From Laetmonice hystrix (Eukaryota), in assembly GCA_965235115.1 (NCBI GenBank), contig OZ249436.1, forward strand, positions 22,322,001-22,386,000: 64,000 bases of DNA, read 5' to 3'. This document shows positions 1-14,409 of this stretch, piece after piece; positions within the stretch are counted from its first letter, which is position 1; every line of letters starts with the position of its first letter. Made by a program: the position numbers and the translations under genes. The notes beneath the pieces were generated by a model that saw only the letters and a program-made list of their open reading frames with translations, ran no database searches and had not been told where the DNA came from.

Positions 1-1714
1 CCTCTGAGATTTACCAAACAAACAAACAAAGATATACTTACATACTTACTTAATGTCCCCAGAAATCTAACAACGTACATAACATACCGGTAAGTTCTCC
101 TTTCCCTGGATCCGGCTTAACATTGCTTAATAGCATTCCTAAAATATCATATTCCAGGTAGCCACATTTGTGAACTCTGTAATTAACAAGGCGTTTTGTT
201 CTATGAAACGAAAAACATTATTAAAGTATTTGACTGTCAAAGGTCTTTTATGAGTCGTACCTGGTAGTGGGAGGAGGCAAGTATTACACAAAAACTCAAA
301 TAACAACCAAAAGAACGCAAATAATTCAAATGTCCCAAAAGTTAATTAAAATTTTCTTTAAGCATTCATCTACATGTACTGTGTAATGACTAAGACCTTG
401 TCTGACTTTTAACATCCAAGTTTAAGCGACTGCCACACATGCGAACAGGCGGAATAGATTCAATTTTGATGATCTTACCTCAAAAGACTTCAATTCGTGA
501 GGTGATTGTTACACTATTGAAATTTTAATGGAACTGCAAAATGTAAATGTGGCAATTATGCCAGGCTGTTCATTTGGAAACTTACTCATAATTAATTTGA
601 GTTTCAACGTGAAGTCGGCAGTAATGTGAATCAAGAAGCATAATTCTTAACTTTCATCTTGTACTTTCTGGTGTCACTTCTAATGATGACATTTAAACCT
701 ATTACACTTAAATTTATTACTTGGTTCACATTACAGCAGTATTTATGTTTCAACGCCTGATCTCCGTGAAACTAATATGAATTTTCCATCATTCATCACG
801 ACTATAGGACAACTCAAATAGAAACCCCCTATCCGCTACAACAGTGTAATAACACTGTACCATAAATACAAAAGTGCATTACTAACAGCACAAATGATCT
901 CTGTTTCTTGAGTGAGTGACACTTGAAGTTGACGCCCACTTGCTGCATAGTGAACAGCTGGTTTACTGAAAAGACTGTTCCTCGCGCACACATGGCCCGG
1001 TACCAACGCCCCCTTGCGGCATGCCCAGCAACAATAAATCAGTACACCTGTGCTATCGTAACCAGCCGGCCACACATGGACAGTGGCCTCCTGCAGCTAC
1101 CTGAGGTACGTGTGGTACTATACGTGACACACCGTGCGTACTGTGGGTTACAAACCCCAATACTGGTACCCTGACACCCGACTGGTGAACCATTCAACGG
1201 CCGCTCTACTGATCACATTCATTATGTTTCACTTATAATATCCTTTGTCATCGTTATTCTGCTAGCAAATAAAAGGTCGGACACAGATGCCCTGGCAGGT
1301 TGAACTCCACTTTAATAGTCCATGGAAATAGTGACAGATCGTCTGCAATACCCAGCGATAAAGATCGGACAAAACAATCAAGTCATTGATTTTATTTAAA
1401 AAGAAGTTCCCCAACAGAGAATTTCCTGGCGACAAAATATTTCTGGCGAGGTAGCTGTAGTTGTTCAGGGTGTGTGGGGGTGTGTGGGGGGGGGGGGGAC
1501 TCTCCAATAGAATTTAGTAATGTCTTTAACAATGTCAATAATACCAGTAATCTGACAATGATTGTAAAAGAAGATAGATGACAGATTGCCAGATATTTTA
1601 GACGGTAGATCACTATTGTCTCCCTTTCTCTGGTTACAATTGGTCGGGTTTTTTTGCACTGATACCGTCGCTGTTAGTTTGATGAAGGACGACTTCTGTT
1701 CACAAGTGGCTGAT

Positions 1715-1864
1715 GGGCTCGGTTTTTTCGTTGAGCTCGAGTCAAAGTGGAGACGAAAAGTTCGTCTCAAGCTCACGGCCCTATGAGTCGACTCATAGGG
1801 CCGTGAGCTTGAGACGAACTTTTCGTCTCCACTTTGACTCGAGCTCAACTAAAAAACCGGGCCC
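1715..1864. repeat. 150-bp spacer-less palindrome (foldback / MITE-like)
   Basis: Centre between 1789 and 1790 (GTC|GAC). 1730-1849 is a perfect 120-bp palindrome and extends to 1715-1864 with two mismatched pairs. Confidence 0.95.
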
Positions 1865-2171
1865 TGACCAAAATGTACCGGTCTGCCACTCGAAAACATA
1901 AAAATAACCCTATAAAAAGACGGTAATATGACTGAAATTGGATTGGCGTTGGTTTGGTGAATCCATTGATATTAACCGATATGGTCATCAGTATAATATT
2001 GCGTCCACGATAGCCGATAAAGAGTGGACTGTGAGGGTAATGGTTCATCATGACAGACACCACCTGGAGGCTAGCAGACAGCCAACCATTTACCTGTCTG
2101 CTTCCGTCTGGACACTGGCCTCGGATCGTCTATCATAGAGACATCAGTGACGTTTTTAACGTAACTCGGTG

Positions 2172-3742
2172 AGGGTCACACGTCTGGTCTGGCTGGGAGA
2201 CGGTCACCGTCCGTCACCGTCTGTCACACGTCAGACCTGACTGGGAGAGGGTCACCGTCCGTCACACGTATGTCACACGTCAGACCTGACTGGGAGACGG
2301 TCACACGTCTGTCACACGTCAGACTTGGCTGGGAGACGGTCACACGTCTGTCACACGTCAGACCTGGCTGGGAGACGGTCACACGTCTGTCACACGTCAG
2401 ACCTGACTGGGAGAGGGTCACCGTCCGTCACACGTCTGTCACACGTCAGACCTGACTGGGAGACGGTCACACGTCTGTCACACGTCAGACCTGGCTGGGA
2501 GACGGTCACACGTATGTCACACGTCAGACCTGACTGGGAGACGGTCACACGTATGTCACACGTCAGACCTGACTGGGAGAGGGTCACCGTCTGTCACACG
2601 TCAGACCTGACTGGGAGAGGGTCACCGTCCGTCACACGTATGTCACACGTCAGACCTGACTGGGAGACGGTCACACGTCTGTCACACGTCAGACTTGGCT
2701 GGGAGACGGTCACACGTCTGTCACACGTCAGACCTGGCTGGGAGACGGTCACACGTCTGTCACACGTCAGACCTGGCTGGGAGACGGTCACACGTCTGTC
2801 ACACGTCAGACCTGACTGGGAGAGGGTCACCGTCCGTCACACGTCAGACCTGGCTGGGAGACGGTCACACGTCTGTCACACGTCAGACCTGGCTGGGAGA
2901 CGGTCACACGTCTGTCACACGTCAGACCTGGCTGGGAGACGGTCACACGTCTGTCACACGTCTGACCTGGCTGGGAGACGGTCACCGTCCGTCACACGTC
3001 TGACTTGACTGGGAGAGGGTCACCGTCTGTCACACGTCAGACCTAACTGGGAGAGGGTCACCGTCCGTCACACGTCTGACTTGACTGGGAGAGGGTCACC
3101 GTCTGTCACACGTCAGACCTGACTGGGAGAGGGTCACCGTCCGTCACACGTCAGACCTGACTGGGAGAGGGTCACCGTCCGTCACACGTCAGACCTGGCT
3201 GGGAGACGGTCACACGTCTGTCACACGTCAGACCTGGCTGGGAGACGGTCACACGTCTTTCACACGTCAGACCTGACTGGGAGAGGGTCACCGTCCGTCA
3301 CACGTCTGTCACACGTCAGACCTGACTGGGAGAGGGTCACCGTCCGTCACACGTCTGTCACACGTCAGACCTGACTGGGAGAGGGTCACCGTCTGTCACA
3401 CGTCAGACCTGACTGGGAGAGGGTCACCGTCTGTCACACGTCTGACCTGACTGGGAGAGGGTCACACGTCTGTCACACGTCTGTCACACGTCAGACCTGA
3501 CTGGGAGAGGGTCACCGTCTGTCACACGTCAGACCTGACTGGGAGAGGGTCACCGTCCGTCACATGTCTGTCACACGTCACACCTGACTGGGAGAGGGTC
3601 ACCGTCCGTTACACGTCAGACCTGACTGGGAGAGGGTCACCGTCCGTCAGATGTCTGTCACACGTCACACCTGACTGGGAGAGGGTCACCGTCCGTTACA
3701 CGTCAGACCTGACTGGGAGAGGGTCACCGTCCGTCACATGTC
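2172..3742. repeat. Minisatellite, ~39-bp unit (gtcacacgtcagacctggctgggagacggtcacacgtct) with ~37- and ~48-bp variants
   Basis: Direct tandem repetition; explains the repetitive ORFs SHVRPGWETVTRL. Confidence 0.97.
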
Positions 3743-4202
3743 AAATCTGGCCTGTCGAAGGTCATGTCGCATCTATGACTATGGGCAGTTTTACCTTGAT
3801 CTTGAACTTGGCAGCTAGGGCAGCCCGGAGTTTGAAGTACGGGCCAGAGAGAAGTATGGTATGGTCGGCGAATAGACAGATACCGTATACAAGTATACGG
3901 GTGGGAAAGGTTGCGTTTACCTGCAGCAGGTGTGGTTGTTGGTTTGTCCCACCTGGGTGGTATGCAGAACATCCTTTCCTGCTACTCACTCCCCAACATA
4001 ACCACTCACATTCCAACCAAAAACCCCGCATGGTTGTGTCAAAGTTGATTTGGGACCTAGTTTGTCGGTATTGGGCTTTTCTAAAGGTTAGGGTTCAGTT
4101 GGATTCTACAAGCTGAGAGAAATACTGCTTCCTGTCTGCAGCCACCGAGTCACAGTTAAAAATGGTCTCTTTACTATGTGAGATCTCCTCTTCGCCATTA
4201 TA

Positions 4203-6810
4203 AGTAACGCCCGGTCAGCGTTAGGCCTGGCGGCTCAATTCATACTCAGTATGAGTAACCGTCCGGAGTAACCGTCCGGTCAGCGTTAGGCCTGGCGGCT
4301 CGGGTCATACTCAGTATGAGTAACCGTCCGGTCAGCGTTAGGCCTGGCGGCTCGGTTCATACTCAGTATGAGTAACCGTCCGGTCAGCGTTAGGCCTGGC
4401 GGCTCGGTTCATACTCAGTATGAGTAACGGTCCGGTCAGCGTTAGGCCTGGCGGCTCGGGTGATACTCAGTATGAGTAACGGTCCGGTCAGCGTTAGGCC
4501 TGGCGGCTGGTTCATACTCAGTATGAGTAACCGTCCGGTCAGCGTTAGGCCTGGCGGCTCGGTTCATACTCAGTATGAGTAACGGTCCGGTCAGCGTTAG
4601 GCCTGGCGGCTCGGTTCATACTCAGTGTGAGTAACGCCCGGTCAGCGTTAGGCCTGGCGGCTCGGTTCATACTCAGTATGAGTAACCGTCCGGTCAGCGT
4701 TAGGCCTGGCGGCTCGGTTCATACTCAGTATGAGTAACCGTCCGGTCAGCGTTAGGCCTGGCGGCTCGGTTCATACTCAGTATGAGTAACCGTCCGGTCA
4801 GCGTTAGGCCTGGCGGCTCGGTTCATACTCAGTATGAGTAACCGTCCGGTCAGCGTTAGGCCTGGCGGCTCGGTTCATACTCAGTATGAGTAACCCTCCG
4901 GTCAGCGTTAGGCCTGGCGGCTCGGTTCATACTCAGTATGAGTAACCGTCCGGTCAGCGTTAGGCCTGGCGGCTCGGTTCATACTCAGTGTGAGTAACGC
5001 CCGGTCAGCGTTAGGCCTGGCGGCTCGGTTCATACTCAGTATGAGTAACCCTCCGGTCAGCGTTAGGCCTGGCGGCTCGGTTCATACTCAGTGTGAGTAA
5101 CCGTCCGGTCAGCGTTAGGCCTGGCGGCTCGGTTCATACTCAGTATGAGTAACCGTCCGGTCAGCGTTAGGCCTGGCGGCTCGGTTCATACTCAGTGTGA
5201 GTAACGCCCGGTCAGCGTTAGGCCTGGCGGCTCGGTTCATACTCAGTATGAGTAACCCTCCGGTCAGCGTTAGGCCTGGCGGCTCGGTTCATACTCAGTA
5301 TGAGTAACCGTCCGGTCAGCGTTAGGCCTGGCAGCTCGGTTCATACTCAGTATGAGTAACGGTCCGGTCAGCGTTAGGCCTGGCGGCTCGGTTCATACTC
5401 AGTATGAGTAACGTCCGGTCAGCGTTAGGCCTGGCGGCTCGGTTCATACTCAGTATGAGTAACGCCCGGTCAGTGTTAGGCCTGGCGGCTCGGTTCATAC
5501 TCAGTATGAGTAACCGTCCGGTCAGCGTCAGGCCTGGCGGCTCGGTTCATACTCAGTGTGAGTAACGCCCGGTCAGCGTCAGGCCTGGCGGCTCGGTTCA
5601 TACTCAGTATGAGTAACCGTCCGGTCAGTGTTAGGCCTGGTGGCTCGGTTCATACTCAGTATGAGTAACCGCCCGGTCAGTGTTAGGCCTGGCGGCTCGG
5701 TTCATACTCAGTATGAGTAACCGCCCGGTCAGTGTTAGGCCTGGCGGCTCGGTTCATACTCAGTGTGAGTAACGCCCGGTCAGCGTTAGGCCTGGCGGCT
5801 CGGTTCATACTCAGTATGAGTAACCCTCCGGTCAGCGTTAGGCCTGGCGGCTCGGGTCATACTCAGTATGAGTAACTGTCCTGTCAGCGTTAGGCCTGGC
5901 GGCTCGGGTCATACTCAGTATGAGTAACCGTCTGGTCAGCGTTAGGCCTGGCGGCTCGGTTCATACTCAGTATGAGTAACGCCCGGTCAGCGTTAGGTCT
6001 GGCGACTCGGTCCATACTCAGTATGAGTAACCGTCCGGTCAGCGTCAGGCCTGGCGGCTCGGTTCATACTCAGTGTGAGTAACGCTCGGTCAGCGTCAGG
6101 CCTGGCGGCTCGGTATATACTCAGTATGAGTAACCGTCCGGTCAGTGTTAGGCCTGGCGGCTCGGTTCATACTCAGTGTGAGTAACGCCCGGTCAGCGTT
6201 AGGCCTGGCGGCTCGGTTCATACTCAGTATGAGTAACCCTCCGGTCAGCGTTAGGCCTGGCGGCTCGGTTCATACTCAGTATGAGTAACCGTCCGGTCAG
6301 CGTTAGGCCTGGCGGCTCGGTTCATACTCAGTATGAGTAACGGTCCGGTCAGCGTTAGGCCTGGCGGCTCGGTTCATACTCAGTATGAGTAACCGCCCGG
6401 TCAGCGTTAGGCCTGGCGGCTCAGTTCATACTCAGTATGAGTAACCGCCCGGTCGGCGTTAGGCCTGGCGGCTCGGTTCATACTCAGTATGAGTAACCGT
6501 CCGGTCAGCGTTAGGCCTGGCGGCTCAGTTCATACTCAGTATGAGTAACCGCCCGGTCAGCGTTAGGCCTGGCGGCTCGGGTGATACTCAGTATGAGTAA
6601 CCGTCCGGTCAGCGTTAGGCCTGGCGGCTCGGTTCATACTCAGTATGAGTAACGCCCGGTCAGCGTTAGGCCTGGCGGCTCGGTTCATACTCAGTATGAG
6701 TAACCGCCCGGTCAGCGTTAGGCCTGGCGGCTGGTTCATACTCAGTATGAGTAACCGTCCGGAGTAACCGTCCGGTCAGCGTTAGGCCTGGCGGCTCGGT
6801 TCATACTCAG
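4203..6810. repeat. Minisatellite, 52-bp unit (agtaaccgtccggtcagcgttaggcctggcggctcggttcatactcagtatg), ~50 copies
   Basis: Period 52 (e.g. 4319 vs 4371). The unit junction contains the inverted repeat TCATACT-c-AGTATGA, and the unit contains AGGCCT. Confidence 0.98.
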
Positions 6811-9800
6811 CCAACAGAGGGTGCCCAGGTCAGAGGTCAAACCAGTGGCCATGAGTTACTCTAATATATCGGTGTATGTCCTGGTCGGCTGCCCTCCGTA
6901 CCTCAGTGTTCGACGGCAGCAGAGATAATAATCTAACAGTACAATAAATTAAATCTACAGATAGCTAATTATGCTAAATGCTCCAGGTCCTATAGAATTA
7001 ATGCTAAATCATTCATGAATGGGGACGGAATTAATGTGATGAGGAGCAGCTATCTATACTTACGGGGGTCGGATAGTTCATAGACTCAACACATGAACGG
7101 GTGCCAACGTCAGGGACTCTATTGTTGTGCACCTGAAACCATATGGCTTTTCTCCGTTTCTATTTGTTGCCCACCTTTGAAGCGTGACATCCGATGCTGG
7201 AACAACACCCTCATACCTGACATTGTCGATGATAACACACCTGGCGGCCTACGGACCACAGCCGCATTGTTTTCGTCTATCCATCAATGATGCAGTTTTC
7301 ATTAACAATTACCACAAGCTATTCTCGGTATCTGGTAGTGTTCCACCTGCCTGTCTCTCAGCGTAATACCTTACTGAAGCTATAACCCAACAACTGTTGT
7401 AGGTAAAGGTGCGGGGACGTGTTGTAAAACAATACCCAGACGGAACGTCAGACAGAGATCTTTCCCATGAAGGTAGACGTTATCCTGTCTGCCTTCCTCA
7501 TACCTTGACAAACGGACAGAAATGTTCTCAATCCAGCGTTAACAGTCAGTCCGACAGACGGCACAGATTTTGCGGGAAGAGGAAATTGCTTTATTCCGCT
7601 GTATTCGATTTTTCAATGGCTAACATTTTATATTCTCGTTACCTCAAAGCTTTTCAAACGGTCTTTAAATGGCTCTCCAAAACGTTTCATTATGACATTC
7701 ACATTGATGGGAACCATATTTCACACTAGATATTCCAAGATGTAATAAGCTAACCGACTAAAGGTACGTAATAATATTCACCCCACCTTACATATCGGCT
7801 TTAAGCATCAGAATATCTATCTGACCAAGTCAATATTGTCTTTCACACACCGAACAATATCCTCAAGTCAAATAGTAAATCATAGTTAGGATTATTACCT
7901 TGACCTATCAAGAAATTTTGAACATATCCTATTTGGAATTGCCTGGACGTATCAAATAATCTAAAATACATGTACTTCTACGTCTCTTCAAATCCTTGCT
8001 TTTCAAGTAATTTCTACGTGAAGTAATTACAAGATATCTCCCGGTAAATCTTGTCGTGATGTATGACATAATCCACTCAGTAACTGTTAATGTGCCCTCC
8101 ATGTCGGAGCCACCTTACAACACATCATACCTGTAGGGTTAAAATTGGTCCATCAATATTGTAACCACATCCTACCTGTCTTACAGTCACCCACTCCAAT
8201 ACTTCAGCGGTCCATGCGTCATTCAGATTATCAGTTATAAAACAATGGGTATTGATTAATTCGACTATAAACGCTAAGCGAAGTGACAAGGCTCCAGCAT
8301 CGCTCTGTCTGTGATGCCAGTCACTCCGTTTTTTTTCGATATCTACCGCCTTAGCCTCATATATTACTGACCTATCAATACAACATCTGATGTTGCACAT
8401 TGTTACAATTGAGAAACATGAGTTTGCAATTTGCTGGTGTAATTTGTCACGTGGGCATGAAAGCAGGCAACAAATAACATACTGTGCATGACTCGCCAAG
8501 CGGTCCCGGAATGTAAAGATAGTGGTGCCAATTCAGGTCAGGTGTTTCTAGGATAGCAGGAATGGGATTACAGAATGGGTAAAAAAATTGGTCACTAAGA
8601 CAAAACAAAGCTCTGTAGTTGACACAAGTGTGTGCAAAGTGTGTTAAAATGGCAATATTGCCATTTCCTGAAAAAGCCTTTTATTTAGCATATTTCAATC
8701 CTAATACGTTTTCAAACAAATCCTCTCGATAACACTCAAATGACCTCACCACAGGAAAAATACCCGTTTCAAAGTTCATTGATATAATTTTTCTATACTT
8801 GTATATTATCACAGTATACAATCACCAATAACTGAACCATAAAGGAGGTGGTGTGACCTCCTTACCGACAGGTTAGTATATAATCAAGTAGTGACCCACT
8901 CAGTTGGTGTACACCGCTCAGCATCTACTGTCCACGTTTTCACCGTAACCTGGCCCCCAGCCAACACAACCCATGTATGCCTCATTTGCAATTATTTCAT
9001 TATCAATTTCCTTTTGGCTTCATTAGTTAGCCACGGCTGCCTTGCCCGTGGCTAGGGCGCCGTGATGCCGACCAGGGCCCGCCGAGTCTGGAGAGGGTGG
9101 TGGCCGAGGGAACTGCGGGTAGAGCCGGGGGGGGGGGGGGTAGGTTGTCTGTTGTCAGTCTGATCTCATCCCCGCCCAACCCCCTAATCTGACCACCTGC
9201 AGACCTTACCAACTCTACCCCCTGTCCATGATTCCCGAGTCGACCCCAGCTATTGTCATCTGCAGTTACCCCCCCCCCCAACCTTCCTATGGGCTCCCCA
9301 CAACTCGCCATTATCCAGCCAGTGCTGAGTGTCCTTAGGTCCGCAATCAGTCTCACTGTTTTCCCAATCTCCTATTGTCTGCCTGCTCAGTGAGATGCCT
9401 CAAGGATATTCATCGGGTTGAGCGAGGTGGGCTGTTGAAATCGGTAAATGCCAAGCCATTATGTATTAGGGGGAAGCAGTGGGCTGGTGGTGTGAAATAT
9501 AATCATTCTTAATCCGCCAGTATTGTGGGCTGTGATTGGGCGTGCGCCGTGCCAGAGTGCGTAGTGTTTGACGATCCACACTGTTCCCACGACACTGACA
9601 CGGCGACCGGCATCGATCAGCATTGTTTGCGCCCTGCGCCCTGTAGCTGTTTGTCTCAGTCACCATGAAAGGATACAGCCACCATGGGCAGGCAACAAAA
9701 GCCGAGGATTGCAATTCAGTGGGCTCCAGTAGCTAGCAGTAAGTGTGGACAGCCAGGGACAGGCCGTGGCTGTCAGCAGCTGCCGGCCTGCCCGCCCTGC

Positions 9801-12800
9801 CAGCCAAGCCTGTGCACCCACACGGAGGCGTTACTGTAGAAACACGCCCAAGCCACAATGATGGAGGAAGTAGGGAGAGAATAGCAACAGCACCGCAACA
9901 TCAAACAACATGATTGATCAATGCACTGGGCAGGGAGCCAAGTGGTGCAGGGGTGCCATAGTGGGGCGGCTAGTAATGAGGGGGTAGGGGCTGCTATCTG
10001 GGCCAGCCTCCTATACACCCCTGGGCACACCTCAACCAAGGGCCAGTGGGGGCAGTACACACACCTGGACTGTCAACTTCACCTCACGTGTACACCCACA
10101 CATCACGCTACGTAATCTTGGAATACTGCCTACACGTCCTATTGGCAAATCTAGAACTATGAAAACTTTATCAAACTTGTTATCCCTTCCAAGTTTAGCC
10201 TGACGAACACCCCCAACTTCATAGACTACTTATTTCATATTCCACAGACGGCATACAGCACTTTGCATTGAAAAACGCGCTCAGCTGTAGATTGCTAAGG
10301 AATGGGTATCTTTTGTGAGCACTGCAATATCCTTTGGGAAGAAGCTAATGCCGAGTTGCTGTAGGAACATTTGTGGTGGTAATGGACCTGGAAATGTATT
10401 TATAACAGATTAAATGTCTTATTCTTTGATACACACTCTACTTACTCCTATCATTACGGCATGTCTTGGTAGAGGCTTGCTGGCAGTAATTTCTATTTAC
10501 TAGATTTATTTGTTTGATGAAAATACAATGCAGCTAGCATCTTTGTAGGTAGACGTGCCTACAGAATTCCTCCACGCTTCACAGCCAAGATGTACTCAGT
10601 AATGGCTAAATGCACTCACTCCCCGTTCGTTGATGGATTTCTGAAGGGATTCAGCTGTGAAGAAATTCTATTATCAGTGTATGTTTCAGATCACGCTTTA
10701 TCAAGTACATCTCCAATATACAAAGTCTGAAGCAAACCTAAGTCTGTTAGAAGTGCAAAATGCATAATGATAAACGCCAGCGTTGCCGCCAATAAAAACG
10801 CCACATCAGTAGCCAGGCCCGTCCGTCGGTCCGACCCATTATTTTCATTATTCCTACAATAGCTCGCCCCCTTTTTTAAACAGGCCATATCGCTATGATG
10901 GCGTTCTAGCCGTAACTGACGCAAGCTGAGCTTGTGAAAAAAAGGATGCTTTCAGATGAGGTGAGCGATGTGGGTGGTTGGACTGCAGACCCATGTCGGC
11001 ACTGAGGCCGACCAACCCTCTGCCGAATCTCCCATCGACTCCATCAGCACACGTCCATCTCGTTAAGGCCCCTCCATCATGTAATTTTTCTACATTCCGC
11101 CTTCAACAATTTTAATGAATTTTCCATTAAGTTATTTAGCTAAATGGTGGTGCTGTCAGCTTGGTGCAGCTTAAGCTTCTTGGGCCTAAGTGACTGGTGA
11201 GCTTGGGCCGTGGATACATTAGGGCGGCTTGCTGTGGATACATTAAGGATGCTGCCATTGCCCGACTTCCCAATTCCCATCTTTATGTCGCCATCAAGTC
11301 ACGTCAGAGAATGCTACTAGATGGAGATGACGCCAGAGGAGTACCACAATATTTATTTACATACATATATATATAAAATGTATTTTTATCCTTAGCCCGA
11401 CATATGGATAGTTGGGAAAAAGAAATTCGATTTAAAATATTATGTAGAAAATGCTCTGTGATACCGTAATACTGCTTCTCTAGCACTGCTGATCAGACAT
11501 AGCTTTAATTAGTACTGTAACCTCATGTCACAACGTTTCAGTTACCCTCACATTATTAACCATACATGTTTCAAGACAAGATCTCGGGTTTCAATGTCAC
11601 CGGCAGATGTCATATCCTCACAGCCTGTAAAACCCGCTACAGCTCCTGTAAAAAAAACACAACCAACCCGGTTCTCTTTTCTCCAGTCCAACCCGTCCTA
11701 ATGTAGCCCGTTGTAAGCTGTCACAAGCAGCATCATATTGCATCTTTCCCAGGACCGTAAGGCCTTAATCAGCCGGAGGGCCTGAAGAGGACTCCCGTTA
11801 TCTGTGCATGCCTTCCCATGCATGGTCACCAAGGGCACCCCCGTGCAGTGCACGTGGCTGCGGCTGTACACACTAACAGTATAATAGTGTCACTCTGGCA
11901 CTTAGCAGTCAGATCTAAGACAAAGACTGAAGCAGGCAGGTAGGAAGGTCGGTAAGGGAACGGTACTCAAGGCAGTGCAATAGCATGTCAGCGAGCCGCC
12001 TGGACCGGGGCTAAGCGCTAAGCCTGTTTCATACTGATTACAGTCGACGACAAAGCCGCGCGGAGAAGTCGCACAACCGGGGGGCATTTGTGCTTGATTC
12101 AACTTAACCGATGCATTGTAGCATGGCAGCGCGGGCGAACTCGATCTTGGTAGGCAAGACGTCTCAACCTGTTACTTCAGTACGGTGTCAGACTGTGTGT
12201 TTGAAGTGCGATTGTTGGCGATCTCACGTGACCTGTTATGATCAGGGATCAAAGAATAAGGTAGCGCAGGTACTTTACGATGGCCGCCAGTCATGCACGG
12301 GTCTGGAGGCCTGGCAGTCCTGCCAAAGGCACAGCTGAGCAGGTAAATATCAGGCACTGTCAACGTCCGACCAATCCTTATTATTATGTCGGCCTCCCAA
12401 TGAAGCACCCCTACTGCCCCTGTCATTATTTCAGGCCATCGATGATTTATGGACAGCTAGAACAAGAGTTTACCGCGTTCCCATGGGTTGCTCAGGTATG
12501 GATTTAAAAAAAAATAAAATAAAAGACAGGAAATAAAAATGGATGGGTGTTAGCACCCGGTTCGTGTGACCTAGAGCATGCTTTTTGCGTCAACAAAGGT
12601 CGTAAAGTACTCGGCAGCATCGCATATGTTAAATGTTGACAGCAGCCATATCATGCTCAAGTTAAGTTTGTTCGCAGCTCTTTGCTGCGGACATTTCTAT
12701 ACAGCTGCCATGGCAATGAACCGTGCTCATGAATTCATGGGGTGGCCGGCCCAAACACAGCGTGTCGGACACAATGCGAACGCCCACCCGGCTGTGTGTT

Positions 12801-14409
12801 GGCGAGGCTTGCGAGCTCGTCCGTACAAACAACCTTCTTCCATTGATCTCCGCCTGCTTGTTTAAAGGCAACGTGCACCGGCCAGCTCGCAGTTTGTCGT
12901 TGGACACCCCACAAACAGTCGCCGTCAATATTTATTCTCATGTGCTCGCTCAAGATTGCCGGTGTTGTGTTACAAGGCATGACTGGAGCGCCGATCGGCG
13001 TGCAGAAGTCAGTGGACCTAATAAAGACAGCGGTGAGCTTTGATTACCGCCGCCAAGCCTGGCGGACCGGTGACGGGCCCCGTGCACACGTTCGCCGGTG
13101 GTCGACCATCGATCCCGGCCCACCGACACCAACGTGCGATCTATACTCCTCTACCAATACGTCGCCTCCCAACACCCCAGTTCAAAAGTCACAACCAGCT
13201 CCCATGTATCTGTCCACTGTGCAAGCATTCATTTTTTAAAAGCGCTCAAAACGTCTGGCGCCACTCATAAAGATCGCGGAGAAGAAACGTTTCTAATGAA
13301 CCATATTTGTTTTGAGATAGTTCTATCTTTTGATCACCTAATTAATCTCAACAGGGAGGTTCCTTACAAATATTTACCACTGGAAAACGCCAGAAACGGG
13401 ATTTTAATCTATAAATATTCAAATTAAAGCGTGTAACTTTCTCTTCCTATTGATGCGTTCAGGTGAAATGTCCTCCCCTGAATACTCCCCGTCACGGTGA
13501 CAACGTTTTACATGGCTGCTGTAGTCACTCCAGCAGGGACCCCCTGCCACTATCATATCTGTGAAACCTGACCCTTTAAGTGAGACCTCCACCGCTGCCA
13601 AGAAAACCTAAGATTCCTTCTCACTTTTACTAACACACACGGAGCTCCAATTCATAACACCTTCCAAGTAGCTTTGCTCTACCTCATAATATAATTTGGC
13701 CTTTTCCAATTCTGGTGCGGAGGCTGAATTTGAGCGACGTTGAAAAGGGGGTTAAAACACTCCCACTCGGCTGGAATTTCATTGTGTCCTCACCAGCCAC
13801 AGCACCAACTCGCCCTGAAGCGCTTAGCCCGCCTCTTCAAGGGTCGGCCTTCTTGGCAGCATCCCTTTTCTAGGAAGTGTTGCCATGGCAGCTGAGTACT
13901 GGTCCACTTAGCAGTGATGGCCCAGTTTCTGTTCACTGATCAGAGCGCCCCTCGGTCCTCACAAAGCTTACGTCTCCCTCTTACACTTTCACCAATCCAA
14001 CCAAAGGCACCGTCACGCCGCTGGTTATTTCAACATTGAGGCCACCTTATTTCGGTACAAAATAGCAACTGCCCCCGGTGTGGTTGGCTCGCCTTTACGT
14101 CCCTTGTGGGTCCGGGCTCTTTATCTGAATTAGGATGCTCTCCATCCGCCTCAGCTGTATCTGTACAAACAGTGTTCTGAAGCTCCACCGGGAGCTGAAG
14201 CTGAGGCGGGGTTCACTGTGTTGGTATTCACCCTAGGTTCGGGGAGGAGGAGATTTGTGGCTGTAGTTGAAGGTGGGTGAGGGGTGTTACCCGGTCTCAG
14301 GTAGGGGTAGCTACGTGACCATGATACCAATAAGACAGGTACCTGTCATCCGATAATCTGGGCCTGTCCACTGTAATCCATGATTTAGGTGGTCGGCTTC
14401 AGGCCGTGA

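Noticed and set aside
88..138. Possible 51-nt minus-strand micro-exon (AG...GT, MLLSNVKPDPGKGELT) as the next SCAPER exon
   Set aside because: Open only as phase 1/1, whereas the preceding exon ends in phase 0 (that frame stops after ECY). No recognisable SCAPER similarity.
2224..3008. ORFs of up to 227 aa in the 39-bp array
   Set aside because: Translations of tandem repeats with frameshifting unit variants.
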